This document shows positions 1-7,763 of a stretch of 32,000 nt of DNA, in pieces. The notes beneath the pieces are model-generated. The model saw nothing but the letters and a program-made list of their open reading frames with translations. It had not been told where the DNA came from and searched no databases. The number at the start of each line of letters is the position of its first letter. Positions within the stretch are counted from its first letter, which is position 1. Source of the DNA: Oligoflexia bacterium (GTDB taxonomy: Bacteria > Bdellovibrionota > UBA1018); contig JARLHE010000025.1 of NCBI GenBank assembly GCA_031292385.1, positions 3,491 to 35,490 on the forward strand, written 5' to 3'. The position numbers were made by a program, and so were the translations under genes.

Positions 1-641
1 TCCGTATCCTCGGTCAAACCATAAGCCGCGCGATGGCGCGTGCCGTAGCGCTTATCTATGTTCGGGTCCTTTGAAAGCGGCAAAAAACAGCCGGCGGCCG
101 CGATTCTTCCGTCGCGGATGATCACCGCGCCGTCATGAATCGGCGACGATGGAAGAAAAATCGCGTACAACAGCTCGCTTTTCACGCGCGACTCGAGCTT
201 GGAACCCGTATCGATGAAGTTCTTAAGCCCGGTTTCGCGCTCGATCACGATCAAGGCGCCGATCCGCTCGGTGGCCATTCGAGTGGCGGCACGAGCGATT
301 TCATCGACCATCTCGCGCTCTTCCTCGGCGGAAGCGCCGGAGAAAAACGGGTTTTTCCCGACATGAGTCAACGCCCGACGAAGATCATCCTGAAACAAGA
401 CGATCACGATCAAAATCAAATAATCGAAGAAATAAGAGAGAACCCAGTGCGTGGTGAAAAGCTCGAGCGTCGAAGAAAGAAAAAAACCGATACCCAAGAT
501 GCCCAGGCCGGTCAGCATCTGCATCGCGCGCGTGCCTTTGATCAACAAGAGCAGGCGGTAGACGATAAAGGCCACGATCCCTACATCAAGCAGGTCGGTT
601 AACTTCAGACTCGACTGAAGATTACTGAGCAGGTCTCCCAC
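1..641 (-). CDS. cdaA: diadenylate cyclase CdaA/DacA (c-di-AMP synthase); C-terminal end runs off the left edge of the window
   Basis: Absent from the ORF track because it has no stop in the window. Reverse-strand translation from GTG at 641 gives (M)GDLLSNLQSSLKLTDLLDVGIVAFIVYRLLLLIKGTRAMQMLTGLGILGIGFF..., the N-terminal TM helices typical of CdaA. It continues to ...ERIGALIVIERETGL...IHDGAVIIRDGRIAAAGCFLPLSKDPNIDKRYGTRHRAAYGLTEDT, which carries the DAC-domain DGA and RHR motifs. The GTG lies 9 nt after the ftsH stop. The listed + ORF 135..602 is its antisense shadow. Confidence 0.85.
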   Translation of the reverse strand, partial: MGDLLSNLQSSLKLTDLLDVGIVAFIVYRLLLLIKGTRAMQMLTGLGILGIGFFLSSTLELFTTHWVLSYFFDYLILIVIVLFQDDLRRALTHVGKNPFFSGASAEEEREMVDEIARAATRMATERIGALIVIERETGLKNFIDTGSKLESRVKSELLYAIFLPSSPIHDGAVIIRDGRIAAAGCFLPLSKDPNIDKRYGTRHRAAYGLTEDT

Positions 642-650
642 TGGTTCCCG

Positions 651-2567
651 TCAAGCAGGCAGAGGCGCCGGCGTCGGACTTCCGCTTCCACTGGTCACCG
701 GAGCGGAACCCGTTCCGGAATTGGTCGGAGTCTCGGCCGTTACCACCGGGCGCTCGATTTTCAAGCCCTGAACGATTCTTTCCACTTCTTCCCCGCTGAT
801 GGTCTCGTATTCAAGAAGGGCTTGCGCCAGATTGTGCAGGATCCCGATATTCTGACTCAAAATCTCGCGAGCACGGCGATAATTGCGCTCGACGATGTCG
901 CGAACTTCGCGGTCAATCGTCTGCGCCGTTTGCTCGGAATAATCCCGGTTCTGCCCGATATCGCGCCCCAGGAAAATCTGCTCTTCCTTCTTGCCGAAGG
1001 TCAACGGCCCGAGCACATCGCTCATGCCCCACTCGCAAACCATGCGGCGAGCCAGATCGGAGGCGCGCTCGATGTCATTGCCCGCGCCAGTCGTCTTCTG
1101 GTTAAAGATGAGCTCCTCGGCGATTCGCCCCCCCATCAAAAAGGCGATGCTGTTTTCAGCCTTATCCTTGGAAAGACTCATCCGATCTTCATTCGGAAGG
1201 GTTTGAGTCACGCCCAAAGCCATCCCGCGCGGAATAATCGTTACTTTATGAATCGGATCCGTTCCTGGAAGATTCTTGCCGACAAGCGTGTGCCCGGCCT
1301 CGTGGTAAGCCGTCGTGCGCTTTTCAGCGTCCGAAAGGACCAAACTCTTTCGCTCAACGCCCATGAGCACTTTGTCTTTGGCGTGCTCGAAATCAGCCAT
1401 TTCCAGGAACTTCTTGTTGGAGCGAGCCGCAAGAAGGGCGGCCTCGTTCACCAGGTTCTCGAGATCTGCACCCGAAAAACCTGGAGTGCCGCGAGCAATG
1501 ACCTGAAGATTTACACTTGCCGACATGGGGGTCTTGCGCGTGTGAACCTTAAGAATCTCTTCGCGTCCTTTGACGTCCGGAGCGGAAACCACGACCCGGC
1601 GATCGAAGCGACCCGGACGCAGAAGCGCCGGATCCAAAACGTCAGGACGGTTGGTCGCCGCGATCAGGATCACGCCTTCATTGCTTTCAAAGCCGTCCAT
1701 CTCGACCAGAAGCTGATTGAGGGTTTGTTCACGCTCGTCATGGCCACCGCCCAAGCCGGCGCCGCGATGCCGGCCGACCGCATCGATTTCATCGATGAAG
1801 ATGATGCAAGGCGCATGCTTTTTGCCCTGCTCGAAAAGATCGCGAACGCGCGAAGCGCCGACGCCCACGAACATTTCGACGAAATCAGAGCCCGAAATCG
1901 AGAAAAACGGAGCGCCAGCCTCGCCCGCCACCGCGCGAGCGAGCAAAGTCTTGCCGGTTCCCGGAGGCCCCATCAACAAGACGCCTTTGGGAATCCGTCC
2001 ACCCAGGCGCGTAAATTTTTTCGGATCTTTCAGGAACGCGATGATCTCTTCCAATTCCTGTTTGGCTTCATCCGCGCCCGCGACGTCCTTGAAAGTGATT
2101 CGATTATTCGACTCGGTCAGCAGACGGGCTTTGCTCTTGCCGAAAGACATCGCCTTGCCGCCGCCCACCTGAATCTGCCGCATGAACAGAAAGAAAAACA
2201 CGAAAAGCAGCAACATCGGGAACCACGAGATCAGCACCTGCTGCCAGATCGGGGTTTTTTCCGAGCGCTCGTAGTTCGGAATAATGTTGTTTTTCTCGAG
2301 AATTTCGAAAATTTTTCCGTTTTGAGTGTCCCCCACGGTTTCAAAATACTTACGACCGTCCGGTCCGGGGTCTTTGAAGGTTCCGACGATGAGGTCATCC
2401 GATTTGAACGTGACTTCGGCGACATGGCCGTCTTTCACGTCCTGGATGAACTCGCTGAATTTGATTTCGCGACGATGTTTATTCCCCGGATCGAAAATCT
2501 TAAACAGACTTGCGAAAAGAAGAATCAAAACGAGCCACAAAGCTACGGTCTTATGCGATGGTTTCAT
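651..2567 (-). CDS. ftsH: ATP-dependent zinc metalloprotease FtsH
   Basis: 638 aa. N-terminal TM helix, a second TM helix, AAA+ Walker A GPPGTGKT, Walker [13 protein letters not shown] region, and the zinc motif HEAGH. Confidence 0.97.
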   Translation of the reverse strand: MKPSHKTVALWLVLILLFASLFKIFDPGNKHRREIKFSEFIQDVKDGHVAEVTFKSDDLIVGTFKDPGPDGRKYFETVGDTQNGKIFEILEKNNIIPNYERSEKTPIWQQVLISWFPMLLLFVFFFLFMRQIQVGGGKAMSFGKSKARLLTESNNRITFKDVAGADEAKQELEEIIAFLKDPKKFTRLGGRIPKGVLLMGPPGTGKTLLARAVAGEAGAPFFSISGSDFVEMFVGVGASRVRDLFEQGKKHAPCIIFIDEIDAVGRHRGAGLGGGHDEREQTLNQLLVEMDGFESNEGVILIAATNRPDVLDPALLRPGRFDRRVVVSAPDVKGREEILKVHTRKTPMSASVNLQVIARGTPGFSGADLENLVNEAALLAARSNKKFLEMADFEHAKDKVLMGVERKSLVLSDAEKRTTAYHEAGHTLVGKNLPGTDPIHKVTIIPRGMALGVTQTLPNEDRMSLSKDKAENSIAFLMGGRIAEELIFNQKTTGAGNDIERASDLARRMVCEWGMSDVLGPLTFGKKEEQIFLGRDIGQNRDYSEQTAQTIDREVRDIVERNYRRAREILSQNIGILHNLAQALLEYETISGEEVERIVQGLKIERPVVTAETPTNSGTGSAPVTSGSGSPTPAPLPA

Positions 2568-2680
2568 TTTAATAGTTAGTGACGGGTCACCCTCTCTTTA
2601 CTCAGAGTAGCATGACCATTTCAAAAAAAGCAATTTACCGACCAAGACCAGAGAGCTTATTTCTTTTTACTTCCGAAGCG

Positions 2681-3511
2681 TTAGCTTCGCCTTAAGCCTG
2701 ACGCACCCAGTAGAGCCCTTGAGACGAAAGCTTCGCCTTCTTGGAACTGTGCATCAAACCCGAGTTGCGCGAGATTCTCAACCGCCCGCGGAAAAAGGGC
2801 CTCGATCTCGGGAAACACTCGCCTTCTCATCTTGGCCCGCAAAAACCGCTCTTCGTCGTTCGTTGCGTCAGACCGGAAGGAGCGCCCTTCTTCTTTAAGG
2901 TATTCAAGAAGTTCAGACTTGCGAACCCCGAGAAGCGGACGAATTTCCGGGCCGTGTCGAAAGGCAATCCCCCCACCGTGGGTCTCAGCCGCCCCCGTCA
3001 GAATCCTCCAAAGCACGGTTTCAGCCAGGTCGTCCATCTGATGAGCGGTCATGATCCAGGCTCCTTTTTGAGCGGCCTCCGTCCGAAAAACTTCCTTTCT
3101 CAAGGACCTGGCCGCTTCTTCCCAGGATCGGCCAGGCTCATAGCTTGTAGGAGGCTCTACCCGAAATGCCGAGAACGGAACCCCGAACTCTTCCGCGAAG
3201 CCTCGAACGAATTCCTCGTCCTGAGAGGAAGCCTCCCCTCGCCAGCCATGATTGACGTGCAAGATTCCGATATTTTCGGGCGCGACCAGCCTTCGGCCGT
3301 ATTTAAGGAGGAGATGAGCGAGCGCGGTGGAATCTGATCCGCCGGAATGCGCGATGAGGATATGCGAAGCTATTGGCAGATCAACCGAGCGTTCCCGAAG
3401 AAACGCGATCACGCGTCGAATGAGCCGCCCGCCCATTTCCCCTGGTTTGGGGTACTGCGCGGCGCGCTTTTTAAATCCCCTGAATTGCGTTTCCGACTTG
3501 CCCACAGCCAA
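2681..3511 (-). CDS. tilS: tRNA(Ile)-lysidine synthase TilS (short form)
   Basis: PP-loop ATP-pyrophosphatase motif ILIAHSGGSDSTAL, and the conserved position immediately upstream of ftsH. The start is uncertain: TTG at 3511, GTG two codons later, or ATG at 3436 (MGGRLIRR...). Confidence 0.85.
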   Translation of the reverse strand: MAVGKSETQFRGFKKRAAQYPKPGEMGGRLIRRVIAFLRERSVDLPIASHILIAHSGGSDSTALAHLLLKYGRRLVAPENIGILHVNHGWRGEASSQDEEFVRGFAEEFGVPFSAFRVEPPTSYEPGRSWEEAARSLRKEVFRTEAAQKGAWIMTAHQMDDLAETVLWRILTGAAETHGGGIAFRHGPEIRPLLGVRKSELLEYLKEEGRSFRSDATNDEERFLRAKMRRRVFPEIEALFPRAVENLAQLGFDAQFQEGEAFVSRALLGASGLRRS

Positions 3512-3618
3512 CTCTTACCGCAACGAAAAAGTGAATGAAAGCTTACATGAACTCGTTCAAAAAGACAGTTGATCCCCTCCCTCTTCAGAGGTACAAGACA
3601 GAACTTCTTCATTCGTAT

Positions 3619-3694
3619 GGCTGGGTAGCTCAGTTGGTAGAGCATTGCATTCATCACGCAAAGGTCGCGGGATCGTGCCCCGCCTCAGCCACCA
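3619..3694 (+). tRNA. tRNA with anticodon CAU (elongator Met or lysidine-dependent Ile2), with atypical positions
   Basis: Hand-folded cloverleaf: acceptor GGCTGGG/CTCAGCC, D arm GCTC-AGTTGGTA-GAGC, anticodon arm TTGCA-TTCATCA-CGCAA (CAT at 3652-3654), T arm GCGGG-ATCGTGC-CCCGC, discriminator A and an encoded CCA. The G1-C72 pair and the absence of three G-C pairs in the anticodon stem argue against an initiator tRNA. Confidence 0.75.
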
Positions 3695-3700
3695 TTTTAC

Positions 3701-3725
3701 AAAGGTAGGCCGTACCTTTTGGTTG
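3701..3725 (+). terminator. possible weak intrinsic terminator after the tRNA
   Basis: Hairpin AAAGGTA-GGCCG-TACCTTT followed by TGGTT. The stem is AU-rich and the T-run is short. Confidence 0.3.
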
Positions 3726-3830
3726 AGACCTGCGTCAAAGTGAAATGCCACCCGCAAGCGGGCCCCAAGTAGCATATTCGCAATAAAACCCGAGCAAAAG
3801 AATCACCTGGCACGTGCTGGGTGGATTGCG

Positions 3831-3856
3831 CAGTGAGCGGAGCTTCTCGCGACTCT
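3831..3856. repeat. 26-bp direct repeat, copy 1 (CAGTGAGCGGAGCTTCTCGCGACTCT)
   Basis: Matches 3892-3917 at 25 of 26 positions, with a 61-bp period. A GC-rich imperfect inverted repeat (CTCTCG...CGAGAG) lies between the copies. Confidence 0.8.
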
Positions 3857-3891
3857 CGGGCGCCAGCCCGCGCGAGAGAGCCGAGCGAACA

Positions 3892-3917
3892 CAGTGAGCG
3901 GAGCTTCTCGCGGCTCT
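3892..3917. repeat. 26-bp direct repeat, copy 2 (CAGTGAGCGGAGCTTCTCGCGGCTCT)
   Basis: Second copy. It overlaps the stop codon (3916-3918) of the minus-strand OMP gene. Confidence 0.8.
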
Positions 3918-4821
3918 AAAGAACTCTTGCCGTGATCACGGCGCCGACAGCTGTCGTATCCGCGGTCAACCGGTTATTGGTGAAAAACTGGAGATACGGA
4001 TTCACGAGGATCTTTTTCGTGACGTTGAAAAGGACGCCCGGCTGGAAATCGCTTTCGTAAAGAGAAAGCCCGGAGGTTCCGTGAAAATGGTCGGCCTCCA
4101 TCTCGTAGCTGAGATTCAAGGAGATGCCCGAGGTCAATTGATAGTTCACGTACGGGTCCACATAAACCTTGTACATCTTGCCGCTACCCGCGCCTGCGTA
4201 ATCCTTGAGCTCGCTCCAGCTACCGACGGAAAAGCGGCTACGCGGGAAATCATAGCGAACGAAAGGCGTCGTCTTGACCGCACCGAAAACACCGCGATTG
4301 ATATCGTAGGTATTGGTCGGGGCTTCGAGAATCAAATTGCTGTACATCGTGAAATGATCGACCGCGATCGTCTTCTTATCGAAGGTTTTCACGCCGAGAT
4401 AATCCACGCCCACGCCCTGTCCCATGACCGGAGTAATATGAAACTGCATGTAAGGACCGACGCCGATATCGGGCGTGACCATGTAGGCGGTCGTCAGCTC
4501 GCTGTCGAAATCCATCGGATTTCTCGACTTATTGCCGTTTTGGTCGGCTTGATAGGGTTTGCCGATCTGACTCAAATCGCTTCCATGATAAGTGCCGAAA
4601 TAGCTGACATAAAAGCGATCGAGATTCAGATAATCGTTATGGTCGGATTCCATCACCGCCGAGTTCTGCCCCAGAGAGCTGCTCTCCGTCGCCGGATCCA
4701 CCCAAGCCAGCGCGGACTTAGGGGATCCTTGAGTGCTGCCCGAGCTCGAACTTTCAGCGAAGGCCATGGCGCCAGAGCAGAGACAGATCAAAGACAAACA
4801 GAGCACGCTAAGCTGTTTCAC
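3916..4821 (-). CDS. putative outer-membrane beta-barrel protein (porin-like), secreted
   Basis: Frame of ORF 3916..4875. I prefer the GTG at 4821, which is preceded by GGGGAG 6 nt upstream and gives a classical signal peptide, (M)KQLSVLCLSLICLCSGAMAFA|ESSS. The mature part shows alternating aromatic/polar beta-strand patterning rich in Y, G, N and D. I recognised no specific family. Confidence 0.65.
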   Translation of the reverse strand: MKQLSVLCLSLICLCSGAMAFAESSSSGSTQGSPKSALAWVDPATESSSLGQNSAVMESDHNDYLNLDRFYVSYFGTYHGSDLSQIGKPYQADQNGNKSRNPMDFDSELTTAYMVTPDIGVGPYMQFHITPVMGQGVGVDYLGVKTFDKKTIAVDHFTMYSNLILEAPTNTYDINRGVFGAVKTTPFVRYDFPRSRFSVGSWSELKDYAGAGSGKMYKVYVDPYVNYQLTSGISLNLSYEMEADHFHGTSGLSLYESDFQPGVLFNVTKKILVNPYLQFFTNNRLTADTTAVGAVITARVL

Positions 4822-4979
4822 TAGACACTCCCCACACATTTTTAACCACACCATCAGAGGTAACGAGGCGAGCATTTAGCATCTATTTATTAAATAAAAA
4901 AGACCTTTTTGCCGCTTAACCCAAACCATAAAATGGGGGTTTCAACTCGAGGGGCCCCGGGTATATTGCTTGAATCACT

Positions 4980-5316
4980 ATGATTATCCTGCGAACGATG
5001 GCGCTGCTCATTCTATCAAACTGCTTCATGACCATGGCCTGGTACGGTCACCTGCGGTATAAAACCGCCCCGCTTTACGCCGCGATCCTGGCTAGCTGGG
5101 GCTTTGGCCTTTTTCGAATATCTGCTTCAGGTGCCCGCCAATCGCTGGGGCTACGGAACCCTGAGCGCGTATCAACTCAAAATCCTGCAGGAATGCATCA
5201 CCCTGACCGTCTTCATAGCCTTCGCGGCACTCTACCTAGGCGAGGGAATCAACCTAAGATACGGAATTTCTTTCGCCTTGGTGCTCGCCGCGGTCGGGGT
5301 GGCCTTCTACAAATAG
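4980..5316 (+). pseudogene. DMT-superfamily small membrane protein (DUF486-like) interrupted by a 1-nt frameshift
   Basis: The N-terminus in one frame (MIILRTMALLILSNCFMTMAWYGHLRYKTAPLYAAILASWG) continues in the next frame from 5104 (LAFFEYLLQVPANRWGYGTLSAYQLKILQECITLTVFIAFAALYLGEGINLRYGISFALVLAAVGVAFYK). Joined, they give a protein of about 111 aa matching my memory of the DUF486 pattern (FMTFAWYGHLKF...SWGIALFEY.LQVPANR). The shift falls at the G4/T3 runs at 5098-5105. Confidence 0.7.
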
Positions 5317-5319
5317 CAG

Positions 5320-7179
5320 CTAGATTATTCCCGAGGCGTTCAGCAGGGCCACGACCACACCCACCATGGACTCTCCGGCGATCACGCCTGAGCTCACGGG
5401 AACGACGTATTTTTCGGCGATCTCGGGCTTTTTCTTTTCCAAGTAAAGCGCGATCGCGGCTCCGATGAACATCGAAAGCGAGTTGAAAAACGGGATCACC
5501 ATCGCCAAGCCCACGCCGGTCGCCGAAGGCACCCAGTGGGCTTTCTTGGGAAATGCCCGTTCGAGAAGCGGTAGAATCATGCCGACCAGAATGCCCACGG
5601 CCAGACCCATTTGCGCGGTTGGATGCAGGGAATGGATTCCGTTCGCGAGAAGCTTTGCGACCGCGGCCCAGACCTGAGCGGAGGGCGCGGGCCATTGCGC
5701 GGTTCCCAGGACCGAAGCATTCGGCACGATGACGTAAAACGCCGGAACGACGATCAATACGCCAGCGAAAACCCCCAGGAATTGCGCGATAAATTGCTTA
5801 CGCGGATTTGCTCCCAGAAGATATCCGCTTTTGAGATCGGTCAGAAGATCGGCCGAGGCGCCAGCCGCGCCCGCGGTCACGCTCGCCGTCATCAAGTTCG
5901 TCGTAATATTGGAAGGAGCCAGCGCGCCGAAGGCAAGCTGCGTGATCTTACCCATGGCGCCGATCGGAGTGATGTCCGACTCGCCGGTTGCGCGACAGGC
6001 CACGATGGAAAGAAAAAAGCTCATGATGATCGAAACGATCCCCATCCAAATCGAAGTGCCGAAGGCGAAATACAAAACCGCGATGCATCCCAACCCGGAA
6101 ATCAGAGTCCCGCCCAGGAACCAAGACGCGGGAACTTCGATCGCTTCCATCGGATCATTATGATGATGCGGATCCGTGCGCTTCAGAATTTTCGTCATAC
6201 CGCCCAGGGCGCGGGCAATCGTCTTCCAGTTAAAAGCGAATTGCAGCAGGCCCGAGCTCACGAGAATCGAAGCGCCTGTCCAGGTGCTCCACGAAACGAT
6301 CGCGCGGTAACCGATTTTCGAAAGATCAATGGCGCCGAGACTCGCCATCCAAGGCGCCAGAACGGCGTAATTCACCACCCCGCCCAAGAGCATGGACCAG
6401 GCGATCTTCCAACCCATGATGGCGCCGGCGGCGATCATGATCGAACTCATTTCAAAGGAAAGCGTCCACTTCACCAATGGCACGCCCAAGATTGAGCCCG
6501 GAAACTGAAGCATCCCGGGAATCGCGAAGGGCTTTCCGCCATCGCGAAACCAAGCGATCAAACCGCCGAAAACGCCGGCGATACCCAGCGAGCGCGCCTT
6601 GGCCACGGCACCGGCCCCTTCGGAATGAAGGCTTTTCAGGGTTTCCGCGGCGGCAACCCCGCTCGGAAACCGAAGCTGCTCGACATTGATCATCTGGCGC
6701 TTCATCGGAATCGCCATGAAAACGCCCAAACAGGCCAGAAAGAAAGTCCACCAAGCCAAAATCGGCCAAGGGATGTGATGCCCGGTCACGATCAAATAGG
6801 CCGCGATCGCCGAGGTCATCGTCCCGCCTGTGGAATAACCCGCGCTCGAGGCCGTGGATTGCATGCAGTTGTTTTCAAGCAGCGTCATCTCGGTCTTAAA
6901 AATACGGGGAAACGCGGCCATGAGCGTCTTATGGATCGCGAAAGAAAGAATGCATGCGGTGATCGCGACACCCAAGCCCCAGCCGGTTTTGAGACCGACA
7001 TAGAGGTTCGAGAGGGACATAAAGCCGCCTAAAATCGCGCCCATGAGCACGGCCCGCAGGGTCAACTGAGGCATCGTATCGCCCTGATAAACGGTTTTAA
7101 ACCAAACCAGCTCAGGGTTCTCGGCAACGGCCTTTTTCGCGTCATCCAAAGTCAAAGTCGTCATAGTTCTGTTGGGCAT
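5320..7179 (-). CDS. OPT-family oligopeptide transporter
   Basis: About 620 aa and polytopic. The N-terminal region QLTLRAVLMGAILGGFMSLSNLYVGLKTGWGLGVAITACILSF, and the overall length and topology, fit bacterial OPT-superfamily transporters. The ORF opens at TTG 7203; the first ATG is at 7179 and ATG 7164 is an alternative. Confidence 0.85.
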   Translation of the reverse strand: MPNRTMTTLTLDDAKKAVAENPELVWFKTVYQGDTMPQLTLRAVLMGAILGGFMSLSNLYVGLKTGWGLGVAITACILSFAIHKTLMAAFPRIFKTEMTLLENNCMQSTASSAGYSTGGTMTSAIAAYLIVTGHHIPWPILAWWTFFLACLGVFMAIPMKRQMINVEQLRFPSGVAAAETLKSLHSEGAGAVAKARSLGIAGVFGGLIAWFRDGGKPFAIPGMLQFPGSILGVPLVKWTLSFEMSSIMIAAGAIMGWKIAWSMLLGGVVNYAVLAPWMASLGAIDLSKIGYRAIVSWSTWTGASILVSSGLLQFAFNWKTIARALGGMTKILKRTDPHHHNDPMEAIEVPASWFLGGTLISGLGCIAVLYFAFGTSIWMGIVSIIMSFFLSIVACRATGESDITPIGAMGKITQLAFGALAPSNITTNLMTASVTAGAAGASADLLTDLKSGYLLGANPRKQFIAQFLGVFAGVLIVVPAFYVIVPNASVLGTAQWPAPSAQVWAAVAKLLANGIHSLHPTAQMGLAVGILVGMILPLLERAFPKKAHWVPSATGVGLAMVIPFFNSLSMFIGAAIALYLEKKKPEIAEKYVVPVSSGVIAGESMVGVVVALLNASGII

Positions 7180-7277
7180 ACCGGCAAAGTGTCGAAAGAT
7201 CAAACACCCGTATGCGATTGCGACCCCCGGGTGGGTCCGAAACGACCCTCAAACTCCAATTAGAGCGGAATCAGCCC

Positions 7278-7293
7278 TGGCACGTCGATTGTA
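7278..7293 (+). promoter_or_regulatory. sigma54-like -24/-12 element TGGCACGTCGATTGTA
   Basis: GG and the -12 dinucleotide sit at the exact consensus spacing (TGGCAC-N5-TTGC), but -12 reads TTGT rather than TTGC. It lies 28 nt upstream of the ATG at 7320. The predicted TSS falls just before the SD GAGGAG. Confidence 0.4.
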
Positions 7294-7319
7294 ATTCCCG
7301 CCCCTGAGGAGAGTTATTT

Positions 7320-7721
7320 ATGCGGCATAATTTCGTTTTTAAGGCGCTTCTTGGAATCTCGGCGATTTTGCTGGCGAGCACCCAGGCTCAGGCGGTCGGA
7401 ATCGCCCCCAGAACCCTGGAGTGCAGCCTGAAATCCATGAGCCCCACCGGACAAAGCCAGCCCATGGAGACCAAGCAAATCCCGATCTCCGGCAGTGGCA
7501 CCGAGATCGATCTGGCCCACGGCAATTACTCCGCGAGCGCTTACACGGATGGCAATTCCAACTCTGACGCCTTTGTCATCGACCTGAAAGACAATAGCTC
7601 GGGCCGCGAATCCGGGCTTAAAACCACCGTAGCCGCCCTCAGTAACACGAAAATCAACGCCAACCTCCGGATCACGGACGCGGGCGACTGGGTTTTCTTG
7701 GAATGCTCCATTTCAAACTGA
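7320..7721 (+). CDS. small secreted hypothetical protein (133 aa)
   Basis: Strong SD (GAGGAGAG) 8 nt upstream. Signal peptide MRHNFVFKALLGISAILLASTQAQA|VG. Two Cys residues sit near the mature N- and C-termini. No family recognised. Confidence 0.7.
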   Translation: MRHNFVFKALLGISAILLASTQAQAVGIAPRTLECSLKSMSPTGQSQPMETKQIPISGSGTEIDLAHGNYSASAYTDGNSNSDAFVIDLKDNSSGRESGLKTTVAALSNTKINANLRITDAGDWVFLECSISN

Positions 7722-7763
7722 TCTTTAATCCCTGATTCTCCTCTGATATTGTAGGGCCGCGCT

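Noticed and set aside
822-2579. 585-aa ORF on the + strand
   Set aside because: It is exactly antisense to ftsH, whose motifs are unambiguous. Its product is R/A/L-rich and low in complexity, as expected for a shadow ORF in GC-rich DNA. The same reasoning rejects 135..602 (antisense to cdaA), 4081..4824, 5611..6495, 8676..9632, 20191..21075, 25506..26249, 27961..28524 and 29002..29610.
2579-2590. Inverted repeat GTGAC-GG-GTCAC in the ftsH 5' region
   Set aside because: It is a short 5-bp dyad that could easily arise by chance. I could not identify a flanking promoter or heat-shock (CIRCE or sigma32) element to give it context.
2664-2695. Hairpin CGAAGC-GTTA-GCTTCG over the tilS stop codon, considered as a terminator between tilS and ftsH
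   Set aside because: On the transcribed (minus) strand the hairpin is followed by an A-rich run, not a U-rich one, so it does not look like an intrinsic terminator. tilS-ftsH read-through is the usual arrangement.
3807-3830. TGGCACGTGCTGGGTGGATTGCG, a TGGCAC followed by TTGC
   Set aside because: The spacing between the GG and GC elements is 12 nt too long for a -24/-12 promoter. The nearest gene downstream on the + strand is 1.1 kb away, beyond the minus-strand OMP gene.
3831-3917. Possible CRISPR array
   Set aside because: There are only two repeat copies and a 35-bp GC-rich interval that is partly complementary to the repeats. No cas genes are present in the window. It was treated as a simple direct repeat instead.
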